Positions 32,136 to 41,883 of a DNA stretch of 44,248 nucleotides are shown one piece after another. The translations under genes were made by a program, and so were the position numbers. Below the pieces are notes generated by a model. The model had not been told where the DNA came from, did no database searches, and was given only the letters and a program-made list of their open reading frames with translations. Source of the DNA: a virus; IMG/VR virus record IMGVR_UViG_3300021057_000017, positions 1 to 44,248 of that record, one strand, 5' to 3'. How positions within the stretch are numbered: the first letter of the stretch is position 1; every line of letters starts with the position of its first letter.

Positions 32136-34271
32136 ATGGAATACAGAGAAGAAAAGAAAAAAGCGTTCATCAAAAAGCTTGCCGCGAAAGTCCGACAGGA
32201 CGATCAAGACAGGCAGGTATGGAAAGATAAGCAAGTTGTCGCCCACAACTCGCGTTTAGGTTTAAGACGCAGAACTAACCGCCCCTACCCAGGTGCCGCA
32301 GAAGTCCCGATTCCAATCACAGACAAATTCATCACAAAGCTTAAAAGCATGTTTGTGTCCGTTGCGACACTCATGCGTAAGCAAATCATCGTGACCCTAG
32401 ACGATGACGAAGTAAACACCCCCGAAACAAAAGCCTCCGCCGAGAAGATAGAACGCGCCCTCAATAACCTAATCCGTAAGCGCGACTTCCAGTGGACCAA
32501 GAAAGTCACCCTCTTCGTTGACTACTTTCTCGAAAACGGCCAGGCGATTTTTAAGATCATCGAAAAGTTCTACACAAAAACCTCAAACGTCGAAGTTGAT
32601 ATGGATAACTTCACAGATGAGCAGAAAAAACAGTTAAAGACGCTCAAAAAAGATGAGCTTCGCATCGTTATCGCCAATCGTCACGAAATGGACCTTGATG
32701 ACAAAGACGATCTTAAGCAAATCGACAAAGCCATTGAGCAGATAAAAGCTGGCAAGAAAATAATCAAGTTCACCAAAAAGACCGCCTACACCGAGCCCAC
32801 CGTGCTCCCCGAGAGAGGTCTCCGTATCATTGTCCCCTCCACTGGTACGGAGACCCAAAGGCTTCCACGCATCACCCATGACATGTGGATGACCTACCAG
32901 GAATTAAGAGACAAAGCCGACAAAGGGATTTACGACAAATCTGTGGTGGATGCCCTAGATCCGGATGCAGGAACCTCCGATAATTCGGTTACAAATAATT
33001 CCTGGTCTAATTCGGAAGGGGTGTCCACCCTCTCTTCTAGAAGCGAGCTCTTCAACGTTCGGGAATGCCAGACTTGGTATGAAGGAAAAAAATGGGTTTT
33101 TACGTGGATTGAAGAATCGGGTGATGGAGGACAGATTGAAAAAGAAGACGGCGAAACGACAAACGACATCAAAGTCCTTCAAGACATCGAACACCCATAC
33201 GACCACGGAATGTGGACCTACGTCAAACACGACTACGAGCTCAAAAACACCCGCTGGTACGCCTCACGCGGGGTGCCGGAAAAAATCAGGGGCCTGCACC
33301 AAACAATCGAAAAAATGTACAACACTCGTCTCATCCGAGACGAATACAACAACGCCCCAATGTGGCGTGTATCCAAACAGCTCGGCTGGTCAGGCGATGA
33401 AATTAGAATGCGCCCGGGTCAAGTTGTCCAAGCTGAAGCAGGAGAGATTGAACAGATTAACAAGGGAGTCACAGCGGATGTCTCAAGCGAACGGCTGGAG
33501 CAGCAGGCCAAGGCCTATGCGGAAGAGTATCTCTCTATCACTGATTTTAGTAATCGCAACGCTGTTAACCCTGGCGGGAGTCGCACTGCTACTGAAATTC
33601 AGGCCATAAACCAAGCCTCAACCCGTCAGGTGAATATGGATATCGCCCTATTCCTTGACACTCTAAGCGAAGTCGCAAACCACCTCTACCTCATCCTAAA
33701 GCAAGGGGTCCAGACTCCACGCAAGGTTGCGGGCGTCATGCTTGCCCCAGAAGACTTTCTCGTCAAGGTTAGCGTTGCGTGGGTTGGCTCACTCGACGCT
33801 ACCGACAACGATCTTCAGATGCAACGCGCCCAGGTAAGGCTCCAAACGTTAGCGCAGATAGGCCTTCCTCTTGGCGTGGTCACTCCAACCAATATCTACA
33901 ACATGCTTTCGGACATCCTCGACAAGGACCCTGATGTCGAGTCCCCCTCTCGCTTCATCACCTCCCCAGAGGATGTCCAGCTTTCTGAAATAGAAGAACA
34001 GCAATCCGAAATCATCAGAAACATGAACGGGTTCGATGTGCCCGTTCACCCTGATGACAATGACGCGGTTCACTTACAAGTTATCGAAGAGTTTATGAAC
34101 ACCCAGGTGGGTCAGGCAAAGCTACAGGCAGATCCAAACTTCGCCGCCCTGCTTGAGAAACACGCAAACATGCACATCCAATCGGAGGCATTAAAGAATG
34201 GCATCAAAGCGCAAAACTCGCAAGGTGCACAAGGTCAAAAAGGCGCAAGCCGGATTAAAAAAGCGGGCTGA
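32136..34271 (+). CDS. Portal protein
   Basis: 711 aa with AGGAG upstream. The call rests on position between terL and scaffold/capsid and on size. No motif was verified. Confidence 0.65.
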   Translation: MEYREEKKKAFIKKLAAKVRQDDQDRQVWKDKQVVAHNSRLGLRRRTNRPYPGAAEVPIPITDKFITKLKSMFVSVATLMRKQIIVTLDDDEVNTPETKASAEKIERALNNLIRKRDFQWTKKVTLFVDYFLENGQAIFKIIEKFYTKTSNVEVDMDNFTDEQKKQLKTLKKDELRIVIANRHEMDLDDKDDLKQIDKAIEQIKAGKKIIKFTKKTAYTEPTVLPERGLRIIVPSTGTETQRLPRITHDMWMTYQELRDKADKGIYDKSVVDALDPDAGTSDNSVTNNSWSNSEGVSTLSSRSELFNVRECQTWYEGKKWVFTWIEESGDGGQIEKEDGETTNDIKVLQDIEHPYDHGMWTYVKHDYELKNTRWYASRGVPEKIRGLHQTIEKMYNTRLIRDEYNNAPMWRVSKQLGWSGDEIRMRPGQVVQAEAGEIEQINKGVTADVSSERLEQQAKAYAEEYLSITDFSNRNAVNPGGSRTATEIQAINQASTRQVNMDIALFLDTLSEVANHLYLILKQGVQTPRKVAGVMLAPEDFLVKVSVAWVGSLDATDNDLQMQRAQVRLQTLAQIGLPLGVVTPTNIYNMLSDILDKDPDVESPSRFITSPEDVQLSEIEEQQSEIIRNMNGFDVPVHPDDNDAVHLQVIEEFMNTQVGQAKLQADPNFAALLEKHANMHIQSEALKNGIKAQNSQGAQGQKGASRIKKAG

Positions 34272-34644
34272 AGAGACAACCTCACAAGAGGTAGAAAGAT
34301 CTCCAGAAGAACAGATTCGATACAACAGAGATTTGGTCCAAGATTTTTTTAGTTCAGTTTTTTACCACGAGATTTACTACCCGCTCCTTGAAGAGTGCAA
34401 GGCAAGTGTTTCAGGTCGATTCACCAATGGCCGTTTTTATAAGGGCGACCTGACGTTAAAGCCTGAATCCAACCGCGACTTACTTGCGGGCTACCAGATG
34501 GCACTTGAGGACTTTCACAACCGGATTCACGACTTTATCGTTTTCGCCAATAACCTTGAAAAAAGGCAAAAAGAAGAACAGGCAGAAAAAGGCATCGAAG
34601 TAATTAACCCATTCTTGGATGACGCCAATGACGAGACAAACTGA
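34198..34644 (+). CDS. Hypothetical head-module protein
   Basis: 148 aa with GGAGG 9 nt upstream. It overlaps the portal 3' end by 74 nt in another frame. Confidence 0.45.
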   Translation: MASKRKTRKVHKVKKAQAGLKKRAEETTSQEVERSPEEQIRYNRDLVQDFFSSVFYHEIYYPLLEECKASVSGRFTNGRFYKGDLTLKPESNRDLLAGYQMALEDFHNRIHDFIVFANNLEKRQKEEQAEKGIEVINPFLDDANDETN

Positions 34645-34810
34645 AGAATACGAGTTCGCTAGAAAAATAATGAAGCGTGAAAAGAAGAACCCTAGCGTTT
34701 ATACGCCCAACAGAAAAGAAGCCATGCTTCAAAGAATCAATAAAGAGTTTGGCGAAAAGGGCCTCAAAGAGTTCGTCAAGGAGTTCAAGAAAGATCTGGG
34801 ATTTAAATGA
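34619..34810 (+). CDS. Hypothetical protein
   Basis: 63-aa track ORF. Confidence 0.4.
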   Translation: MTPMTRQTEEYEFARKIMKREKKNPSVYTPNRKEAMLQRINKEFGEKGLKEFVKEFKKDLGFK

Positions 34811-35007
34811 TTCCGAGAAAGCTTACACAGGAAATTGAACGCTGGATCAGGGAATCTAAGTTTGGAAATTTACAGATTAATTTCGTCGGCGGAAAGATTA
34901 CGAACGTCAATCGCACAGAATCACTGAAAGTCGAATGTATCGGTAACGCTGAGAGCATCTCAGCCAATTCAACCAACGTCTCCGAAGACGTTAATCTCGA
35001 GAAATAG
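34807..35007 (+). CDS. Hypothetical protein
   Basis: 66-aa track ORF with an ATGA overlap. Confidence 0.4.
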   Translation: MIPRKLTQEIERWIRESKFGNLQINFVGGKITNVNRTESLKVECIGNAESISANSTNVSEDVNLEK

Positions 35008-35038
35008 TTTCTGCGAACTATAAACGCTGGGAGAAGAA

Positions 35039-36028
35039 ATGACAAATGAAGCAAAGGTAGTCAGCGAGAGTCCTGAGGCAATTCCTGATGTTTTGACGGA
35101 AACGCCCGAATCCACTCCTGGTAGTGAGGCAATTAACAGCCGTGACGCGATCAGAAAGTCCATTGAAGAGCGCGTGATTGAAGAAAACGAGAAGCCAAGC
35201 AAAGAGGTTAAAGAGGAAGTTCCTGTAGAGGCTAAGAAAGAAGAAGAGTCTAAGCAGGAAAAGCCTGTAGAAACCTCAGATCTGGCTATCGCGGAGAAGG
35301 TCAAAGAGCGCATCCAGAAGCGCATCGACAAGGAAGTTGCAAAGCGTAAGACCCTTGAAGAACAGCTTGCTGAAAAGGAAGCCGAGCTTCAAGCCTTACG
35401 CAACTCTAAGCCAGAGGCCGAAACAAAGAATGTCGAGCCCACCATCGAACAGTGTGAGGCTTACATTATCAAGTGCCGGGAAGAAGGCGACGTTAAAAAC
35501 GAAGTTGCCGCAATGCGCTATCTCGTGAAACTTGAGAAAGAGGCCGCAATTAAGGCTGTTAAAGAGGAGCAGGAAGCTCGGGCGCGCCAAACGACCGAAG
35601 TCACTGCAAAGCAACAAGCCGATTGGATTGCACTTAATCGGGATTACGAATCTCCCGAACCTGATCTCAATCTCGCCAACCAAAATGGACTTCTCTACAG
35701 AGAGGCCATGAAGCTTTTTATGGACCCGGATCTTAGGGAGGTTTATTCAGACTCCGACAGAATCCAGGGATTCCGTAGAGCCGTGCATGACTCTTATCGC
35801 TACATCATGGAAAACGGCCTCCATAAGAAGTCTCCCAGTAACACCGTTGAGACCCTAGACACGACTCCAAGAGTGAAGCCGAAAGCGGTTCTCGCAGACC
35901 CATCGACTGACTCTGCTGAGGAAACGGGACGAACGGTCTCTAAAAACCTATCAGACGCCGAAAAGGTGAAAGAAGAAATTTTAGCTAGAAGGAAACTTCG
36001 GTATCACCCGAAAAGCCTTCAAACCTAA
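35039..36028 (+). CDS. Scaffolding protein candidate
   Basis: 329 aa. It is E/K-rich and helical (EEVPVEAKKEEESKQEKPVE...LEEQLAEKEAELQAL) and lies immediately upstream of the capsid gene. Confidence 0.6.
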   Translation: MTNEAKVVSESPEAIPDVLTETPESTPGSEAINSRDAIRKSIEERVIEENEKPSKEVKEEVPVEAKKEEESKQEKPVETSDLAIAEKVKERIQKRIDKEVAKRKTLEEQLAEKEAELQALRNSKPEAETKNVEPTIEQCEAYIIKCREEGDVKNEVAAMRYLVKLEKEAAIKAVKEEQEARARQTTEVTAKQQADWIALNRDYESPEPDLNLANQNGLLYREAMKLFMDPDLREVYSDSDRIQGFRRAVHDSYRYIMENGLHKKSPSNTVETLDTTPRVKPKAVLADPSTDSAEETGRTVSKNLSDAEKVKEEILARRKLRYHPKSLQT

Positions 36029-36038
36029 GGAGCTTTAA

Positions 36039-36968
36039 GTGGGACAGCAGTTATTTGCCACTAATTCTTTGGGTGGCTTCCTAACCAATAACTCTCTCTC
36101 TAAACAGCTTCGGTTCCGTTCGCAGACGATGCAACGGTTCCGTCAGTTCTGTGATGACGAGAGCTACGCGGGTAAAAACCGTGGTAACAAGGTGTTCTTT
36201 GACAAAATCTCGAACATCTCTACCGCTGGTGGCACCCTTATTGAAACGGAAACCATCCCGAAGCGTAATTTCACGATCACCCAAGGGACGATGACGATCA
36301 CGGAGTACGGTAACTCAATTCCGTTCACCGCGAAGTTAGAGAACCTTTCGGATATGGATGTCTCGGAGTCCGTTCGTACCGTTCTTATGAACGATATGAA
36401 AGTTGTTCTGGACTCTGCGGCGGCCACGCAGTTTAAGACGAACGACTACATCGCCACGATCACGAATACGGCGACAACCACGTTCGGCACTGCGGGTCTT
36501 GCTCTTGCTACGGCAGGTGCCAACATGTCCGACAAAAACGTCCGCGACATCGTGGATCAGATGAAAAGACTGAATATCCCTACCCGGGATAACGATGAGT
36601 ATGTCTGCATCGGTTCCACGAACTCGATCCGGGGTCTTTATGACTTCTTCGAGTCGAAAGCGCAGAACACCGTTATGACCCCGCTCTATCGCGGCGAAAT
36701 CGGCTCGTACTACAAGTGCCGTTTCGTTGAGGAAACGAACTTCCTCTCAAATGCCGATGGATCGAATGGTCTGTATGGTGAAGCTGTGTTCTTTGGTGCG
36801 GATGCGGTTCGCCAGGGTATTGCGCTCCCAGAAGAAATCCGGGTTGCGATCCCCACGGACTACGGACGTGACAAAGGCATCGCTTGGTACGCCCTCCTTG
36901 GATTCCAGCAGGTCTGGGATTTCAGCGCGGATGGTGAAACTAGAATCATCGTTGTCGATTCCCTGTAA
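36039..36968 (+). CDS. Major capsid protein
   Basis: 309 aa with a GTG start and AAGGAG 6 nt upstream. It follows the scaffold-like gene and is itself followed by a small protein and a strong hairpin. An HK97-type fold is assumed, not verified. Confidence 0.75.
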   Translation: MGQQLFATNSLGGFLTNNSLSKQLRFRSQTMQRFRQFCDDESYAGKNRGNKVFFDKISNISTAGGTLIETETIPKRNFTITQGTMTITEYGNSIPFTAKLENLSDMDVSESVRTVLMNDMKVVLDSAAATQFKTNDYIATITNTATTTFGTAGLALATAGANMSDKNVRDIVDQMKRLNIPTRDNDEYVCIGSTNSIRGLYDFFESKAQNTVMTPLYRGEIGSYYKCRFVEETNFLSNADGSNGLYGEAVFFGADAVRQGIALPEEIRVAIPTDYGRDKGIAWYALLGFQQVWDFSADGETRIIVVDSL

Positions 36969-36986
36969 GAAAGGAGAGCTAATCTA

Positions 36987-37394
36987 ATGTCTAAAGGTGG
37001 CAGAAGCTATAGCGATCCGTCTTACGGGTCTATCAAACAGCTGTCTTTTGAAACTGTGACGGCTGGAACTCGTGCGACGGCTCTGGTTGATACGGTGAAA
37101 GTGATGAACCCCATCACTGTTACCGATTGGAACATGTCGAATATGACCCTCGGAACGGGTGGTTCTTCGCAGTGGGTGCTTGCGGCTACTTCAGCCAATG
37201 GCACTGCGGCGCTTGGAACCATCATTTTCGTTGGTACACATGCGGCAGGTATTACGATTGACGGTTCTGTTACGGAGACCACAATCGCGGCGGGCGGCAG
37301 ATTAGATTTCTATTCTGTCCTCTCGACGGCGGCTGGTCTTACTGTCAAACCGACAGTCAAGTATCGTGAAGCGTTCGACTCTAGCGATAACTAA
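36987..37394 (+). CDS. Small S/T/G/A-rich head-module protein (decoration protein candidate)
   Basis: 135 aa with AGGAGAG upstream. It is beta-rich and is the last gene before the hairpin and cassette. Confidence 0.45.
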   Translation: MSKGGRSYSDPSYGSIKQLSFETVTAGTRATALVDTVKVMNPITVTDWNMSNMTLGTGGSSQWVLAATSANGTAALGTIIFVGTHAAGITIDGSVTETTIAAGGRLDFYSVLSTAAGLTVKPTVKYREAFDSSDN

Positions 37395-37400
37395 GTAAGA

Positions 37401-37437
37401 AATATGGGATGGGGCCTAAAAAACCTCATCCCATATT
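37401..37437 (+). other. Strong hairpin closing the head gene set
   Basis: aatatgggatgggg (37401-37414) pairs with cctcatcccatatt (37424-37437) in a 14-bp stem with one G-T pair. An A-run rather than a T-run follows on the plus strand. Confidence 0.5.
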
Positions 37438-37460
37438 AAAAAACCTTAAAGAAAGGTTGA

Positions 37461-38717
37461 ATGTTTAAAAAAGTAATTTTTTGCAGAATCTGCAATAGCA
37501 CTAACCTCGAAAGATACCTCGATTTTGGCTCGCATCCTCTCGCAAACGATCTCCAAGAAGGCGTAAATCTCTACCTTAGAAAATTTAGTCTCGAAGTTCT
37601 TATTTGCGAAAACTGCTTTCTTTCGCAGCTAAGCGTTGTGGTGGACCCTGACATTATGTTCAAAGAATACGCCTACCACTCCTCTATTTCTCAAACGTTC
37701 AAAGACCACTGCTACCAGATGGCTCTTAAGCTAAAGGCCGAGTTCCAGTTCGAGTACCCGCTTGTCGTGGATATAGCTTCAAATGACGGATGCCTACTCA
37801 ATGAATTTAAAAGGGCGGGTTATAAAAGATTCTTGGGTTTCGAGCCAGCAACCAACCTATCCGCGCAACCCTACGGATGGATAGACGGAAAGCCTGGAGA
37901 TGAGCTTGGGATTCCGGTTGTAAATTCTTTCTTTACGGAAAAGATCGCAATGTCTACCCGTGGGGATAAAGCAGGCCAGGGCGCAAGCATCGTAACGGCC
38001 CAAAACGTTTTCGCTCACGTAAATGATCTCCATGACTTTTTAAGAGGAGTTCATTGGATGTTAGATGACAATGGGGTTTTTATAGTAGAAGTCCCATATC
38101 TTCCAAATCTCATTGAGAATAATGAGTTCGACACCATCTACCATGAGCATATTTCGTACTTTCTCCTCAAGCCTCTTGTAAGGCTTTTTAAAGACTGTTC
38201 CCTCCCCATTTTCAGAGTCGAGAAATACCCTATTCACGGCGGTTCTATTCGTATTTATGCATCCAAAGATTTTTACCAACTAGAAGACTCCGTTGAACTG
38301 TTTCTGGACGAGGAAGATCAGGAAGGCTTTTATGACATCAATATCTACAGAGCTTTTGCCAAAAGAGTCGAAAAGACAAAGATCGAGTTTCAAACGCTCA
38401 TGGAGCTTCTCTATCGATCAAATAAGAAAGTGATGGGTTATGGGGCCTCAGCCAAAGGCATCAGCCTTATAAACTACTGCGGCATACCAAAAGAATATAT
38501 CCACTCCATCGTGGATGACACGCCCGCAAAACAAGGGAAGTTGACACCCGGAAGCTATGTACCCATTGTCGATTTCTCGCATTTCGATAAAGAGAATCCT
38601 GATTTTATCCTTCTTTTGGCCTGGAACTTTGCCAAAGAGCTGATAGAAAAAACCGCGCACCACAAAGAACGTGGAGCCTATCACCTCGTCCCTATCCCCG
38701 AGTTTAAGATCGTATGA
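37461..38717 (+). CDS. NDP-hexose C-methyltransferase (TylC3-type; Zn-ribbon + SAM-MTase + C-terminal domain)
   Basis: 418 aa. Features in order: CRICNS...CENC zinc ribbon, FKEYAYHSSISQT, VVDIASNDG (SAM motif I), VFAHVNDL, YHEHISYF, HGGSIR, GYGASAKG. This is the full signature order of the sugar C-methyltransferase family. Confidence 0.85.
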   Translation: MFKKVIFCRICNSTNLERYLDFGSHPLANDLQEGVNLYLRKFSLEVLICENCFLSQLSVVVDPDIMFKEYAYHSSISQTFKDHCYQMALKLKAEFQFEYPLVVDIASNDGCLLNEFKRAGYKRFLGFEPATNLSAQPYGWIDGKPGDELGIPVVNSFFTEKIAMSTRGDKAGQGASIVTAQNVFAHVNDLHDFLRGVHWMLDDNGVFIVEVPYLPNLIENNEFDTIYHEHISYFLLKPLVRLFKDCSLPIFRVEKYPIHGGSIRIYASKDFYQLEDSVELFLDEEDQEGFYDINIYRAFAKRVEKTKIEFQTLMELLYRSNKKVMGYGASAKGISLINYCGIPKEYIHSIVDDTPAKQGKLTPGSYVPIVDFSHFDKENPDFILLLAWNFAKELIEKTAHHKERGAYHLVPIPEFKIV

Positions 38718-39700
38718 AAACCTGCTTTATCTCTCGTCTTGGCGGAGCAGGCGATTTGCTCCACGCCGCGCACCTACCGCGCCTCATTAAAGAACATTAC
38801 GGCGTGACTCACCTGACCTGGGAAACCAACTACCACGGGATGCACATTTTGGAAGGCAACCCCTACATAGATAATTTGATCTTTCTTGATGTAAATAAAA
38901 TTACCCATAACCGGATGGTTAAGAATCTTGAGTGGGCCCGCCAGACTTATGACTTAGTATTCGACTTCTCAAACACCATCGAAAAAGCCTACTGCACCAA
39001 TGAGAATGACTGGCGTTACTACACCTCCGATAGGTGGCGTAGAGAGAACCTTGGAAAGAACTACTACGATGTTATGACTGATGCGGCCGGACTCCCTGAA
39101 TCTTATTATGGAAACCGAGGGCAACTCTATTACACCAACGAAGAGCACAAATCTTGCCAGGAATGGATTGATAAAAAGCATGAAGTGTATGAAAAGGTTA
39201 TTTTGGTCAATCTCTCAGGCTCCACGCTTCACAAGAAGTTTATTCAGGCTGAAAGCGTCTGCCGGAAGATCCTTGAAAAATACCAAAAAGTTCTAATCAT
39301 CCTGACAGGAGATGAGTTTTGTAAAGAGCAGGTTTTTGAGCATGAGCGCGTCATCTCTTACGTCGGGAGTAAGACAAACGGCTTTCGATCAGTAGCTTTA
39401 AAGTGTAAGTACGTCGATCTTACAATCAGTCTTGAATCAGGCCTAATACTCGTCGCGCATTCCTGGGACGCGCCCGCCTTACAACTCCTAACCGCCGCCT
39501 CCTGGGAAAACCACATAAAGTACGCCAAGAACGCCTATTGGCTACAGGCTCCAGTCCCCTGCTCTCCATGCCATAAAAACCCAAGAGATTATTATGGGTG
39601 CCCGATTCGAGACAAGCACCCCGAATGTATTTGGTTTGACGAAAACGTAATCATGCAAAAGGTTGAGGAAGCCCTTGAGTATAGCCAAGTCCTTGCCTGA
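38714..39700 (+). CDS. GT9-family (heptosyltransferase-like) glycosyltransferase
   Basis: 328 aa with an ATGA overlap. N-terminus ISRLGGAGDLLHAAHLPRLIKE, then NLSGSTLHKKF, then a C-terminal Cys cluster CSPCHKNPRDYYGCPIRDKHPEC. Confidence 0.6.
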   Translation: MKTCFISRLGGAGDLLHAAHLPRLIKEHYGVTHLTWETNYHGMHILEGNPYIDNLIFLDVNKITHNRMVKNLEWARQTYDLVFDFSNTIEKAYCTNENDWRYYTSDRWRRENLGKNYYDVMTDAAGLPESYYGNRGQLYYTNEEHKSCQEWIDKKHEVYEKVILVNLSGSTLHKKFIQAESVCRKILEKYQKVLIILTGDEFCKEQVFEHERVISYVGSKTNGFRSVALKCKYVDLTISLESGLILVAHSWDAPALQLLTAASWENHIKYAKNAYWLQAPVPCSPCHKNPRDYYGCPIRDKHPECIWFDENVIMQKVEEALEYSQVLA

Positions 39701-40106
39701 CGTTCACCCATCCTTCATTCAAGATTGTCCCCTCTGCGGACGAGCAAACCGGGTAGTTGTGAAGGGCACCTACAAGCTAGGAGACAAACTAGAGCTTCAC
39801 CCTGACATGGGGTATTCCTTCTGTAACTGTAAAGCCATCTTCTACACGCGCCCCGAAAACGTCTTGGAACCTGCAAGCTATGAACCCGACGAAAACGGAG
39901 TTATTACACTCCCAGACCCATTCTTCGCCTGGCCCAATCCTTACGACTTCCACTACTGGGATGTCAGGAAATACGGAATTATTTGGGACATAACCTCACT
40001 TTGCGAGCACCTCGAATCTAAAGGCTACGAAATCCTATCATCCGAAAGGGATTTTGATGTCTACTCAGAAACTCCTCAGCACTTTCATATCAAAGTGAAA
40101 ATATGA
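39663..40106 (+). CDS. Hypothetical zinc-ribbon protein (possible methyltransferase remnant)
   Basis: 147 aa with CPLCGR...CNC. It overlaps the upstream gene by 38 nt. No SAM-binding motif was seen. Confidence 0.4.
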   Translation: MRKPLSIAKSLPDVHPSFIQDCPLCGRANRVVVKGTYKLGDKLELHPDMGYSFCNCKAIFYTRPENVLEPASYEPDENGVITLPDPFFAWPNPYDFHYWDVRKYGIIWDITSLCEHLESKGYEILSSERDFDVYSETPQHFHIKVKI

Positions 40107-40903
40107 AAAAGATCTGCGTCATTATCCCAATGTACGGCAAGGAAGAATACACAAGAAAGTGTATTGAGTACTGCCGTAAAAATGCCGGGATTGACCACCA
40201 TATCCTCGTTGTAGATGACGGCTCAGAGACTCCCTATTACGACCCGCACACTGAAACCCTAAGAATCGAGGAAAACTCTGGATTCACAAATGCAGTTAAT
40301 CAAGGCATTCTCCACTGCTCAGATCACTTTGACTACATCCACCTATTAAATAACGACACCGAGCCTGAGCCTGATTTCCTGAAAATTCTTTACGATTTCA
40401 TGGAAGCCAATCCAGTTGTGGGAATTGCAGGTTCTGCCAGAATCCTCGAAACAAACGCGCCCCACTGCATTGAACTCTACGGAGCCGATCTTATCCGTGG
40501 ATTCCAAGTCTGCACCGATGGGAATATTTCAAACGAAGTTATCTACACCCACTGGATTCCACTCTGCTCCGCACTCCTAAGACACGAAATGATCCGCTAC
40601 ATAGGTCTTTTAGACAGACGAATGAAGATATGGTGCTCGGATAATGACATGTGCATACGCGCTAACTTTAGCGGCTGGAACGTAGCCTTATGCGTTAAGT
40701 CCAAGGTTAAACATAAACACGCCGTAACCACCGACAGCATCCAGAAAGAAAGAAAGTACTCACCCGAGAACGACCAAAGGATCTTGATTGAGAAGATGGC
40801 GGGCATGCAATACGCAGAGCTTATGAAACAACTGCCTCTCGATGCCGAACAGCAGGTGTACGGAAAGCTTGAGTTTTCGACCTACAAAAAGGAGTTAAAG
40901 TGA
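40103..40903 (+). CDS. GT2-family glycosyltransferase
   Basis: 266 aa. KICVIIPMYGKEEYTRKCIEYC...ILVVDDGSE...GFTNAVNQGI...LLNNDTE is a canonical GT-A/GT2 N-terminal layout. Confidence 0.85.
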   Translation: MKKICVIIPMYGKEEYTRKCIEYCRKNAGIDHHILVVDDGSETPYYDPHTETLRIEENSGFTNAVNQGILHCSDHFDYIHLLNNDTEPEPDFLKILYDFMEANPVVGIAGSARILETNAPHCIELYGADLIRGFQVCTDGNISNEVIYTHWIPLCSALLRHEMIRYIGLLDRRMKIWCSDNDMCIRANFSGWNVALCVKSKVKHKHAVTTDSIQKERKYSPENDQRILIEKMAGMQYAELMKQLPLDAEQQVYGKLEFSTYKKELK

Positions 40904-41883
40904 AGCTCCTAATTCATAGGTCTGGGGCGTTTGGAGACTGTCTCATAATTACCCCCATTCTTCGCTACCTGCACAACAAGGGGCACGAAATTGTTCTTAG
41001 ATGTAACGAGCGAGGGGCGCAGATATTTAAGAATAACCCGCACATCAAAACTTTGATTGAGGAGCCAACAGATTCCGTAAAAGTGGACATTCTTGGAGAC
41101 CATCTTGAGTGGCTCAGAAAAAAGTATAAGTGCGAAAAGTTAATCGACTTCTCTGAAAGCATCGAAGTGGCCCTTTCCCAGCACCCACGCTCCCCAAACT
41201 ACAAACTGCCGAAAAATGAACGTTTTAAGTTGTTTAACAGAAACTTCTATGAGTTTACCTTTGAGTGGGCCAAAGAGGACTGGCAGGGCCGCGATTTAAA
41301 GCCTGAGCTTTTCCTGGAAGAATCAGAAATAGAAGAAGCCAGAAAGTACCTAAAAAAAGAAGCTTTCAACATCCTTATCGGCATGTCCGGTTCTGGAACC
41401 AATAAGACATGGCCTCACACCGAAGAGCTTTGCGCTCGAATCCTTGACCAGATCCCAAACGCGCACATCATCACCGTTGGAGACGCCAGGGCCCAAATGA
41501 TAGAGCCCCAAATGGAGCGCATTACAAACTTGTCAGGCAAAACCCCAATGCGTATAAGCATGGCCCTCACAGGCGTTGTAAACCTAGTTATTTCGCCCGA
41601 CACAGGCCTTTTGCATGCTTCCGGATGCTACCCAACCCCTAAGATTGGGATTTTGGGGCACAACACGATTGAGTGCATCACCAAGCACTTTGAAAACGAT
41701 TATTCGGTAGAGTCCGACCCAAGTCTCGCTGAGTGTTCCCCATGCTTTTTCCTCGTTTATAACAAGGGGCTTCAGTGTCCTTTAAACGATGACTACGGCG
41801 GGGCAAGCCTCTGCATGGCAGACGGCATACCCTGTAAACGAGTATTAAGCCAGGTCTTAAATGTCTACTCCAGAAAAAACTAA
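40900..41883 (+). CDS. GT9-family (heptosyltransferase-like) glycosyltransferase
   Basis: 327 aa with a GTGA overlap. LLIHRSGAFGDCLIITPILRYL, IGMSGSGTNKTWP, ISPDTGLLHAS and C-terminal ECSPC...C...LCMADGIPCKRVLSQV match the WaaC/WaaF-type pattern. Confidence 0.75.
   Translation: MKLLIHRSGAFGDCLIITPILRYLHNKGHEIVLRCNERGAQIFKNNPHIKTLIEEPTDSVKVDILGDHLEWLRKKYKCEKLIDFSESIEVALSQHPRSPNYKLPKNERFKLFNRNFYEFTFEWAKEDWQGRDLKPELFLEESEIEEARKYLKKEAFNILIGMSGSGTNKTWPHTEELCARILDQIPNAHIITVGDARAQMIEPQMERITNLSGKTPMRISMALTGVVNLVISPDTGLLHASGCYPTPKIGILGHNTIECITKHFENDYSVESDPSLAECSPCFFLVYNKGLQCPLNDDYGGASLCMADGIPCKRVLSQVLNVYSRKN

Noticed and set aside
32965-33609. 214-codon same-strand alternative-frame ORF inside the portal gene, ending in a TM-like helix (possible overprinted gene).
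   Set aside because: There is no RBS before its ATG. The composition is strongly K/R/T/S-biased and low in complexity, as expected from a shifted reading of a purine-rich gene. It might deserve a conservation check, but there is no positive evidence.
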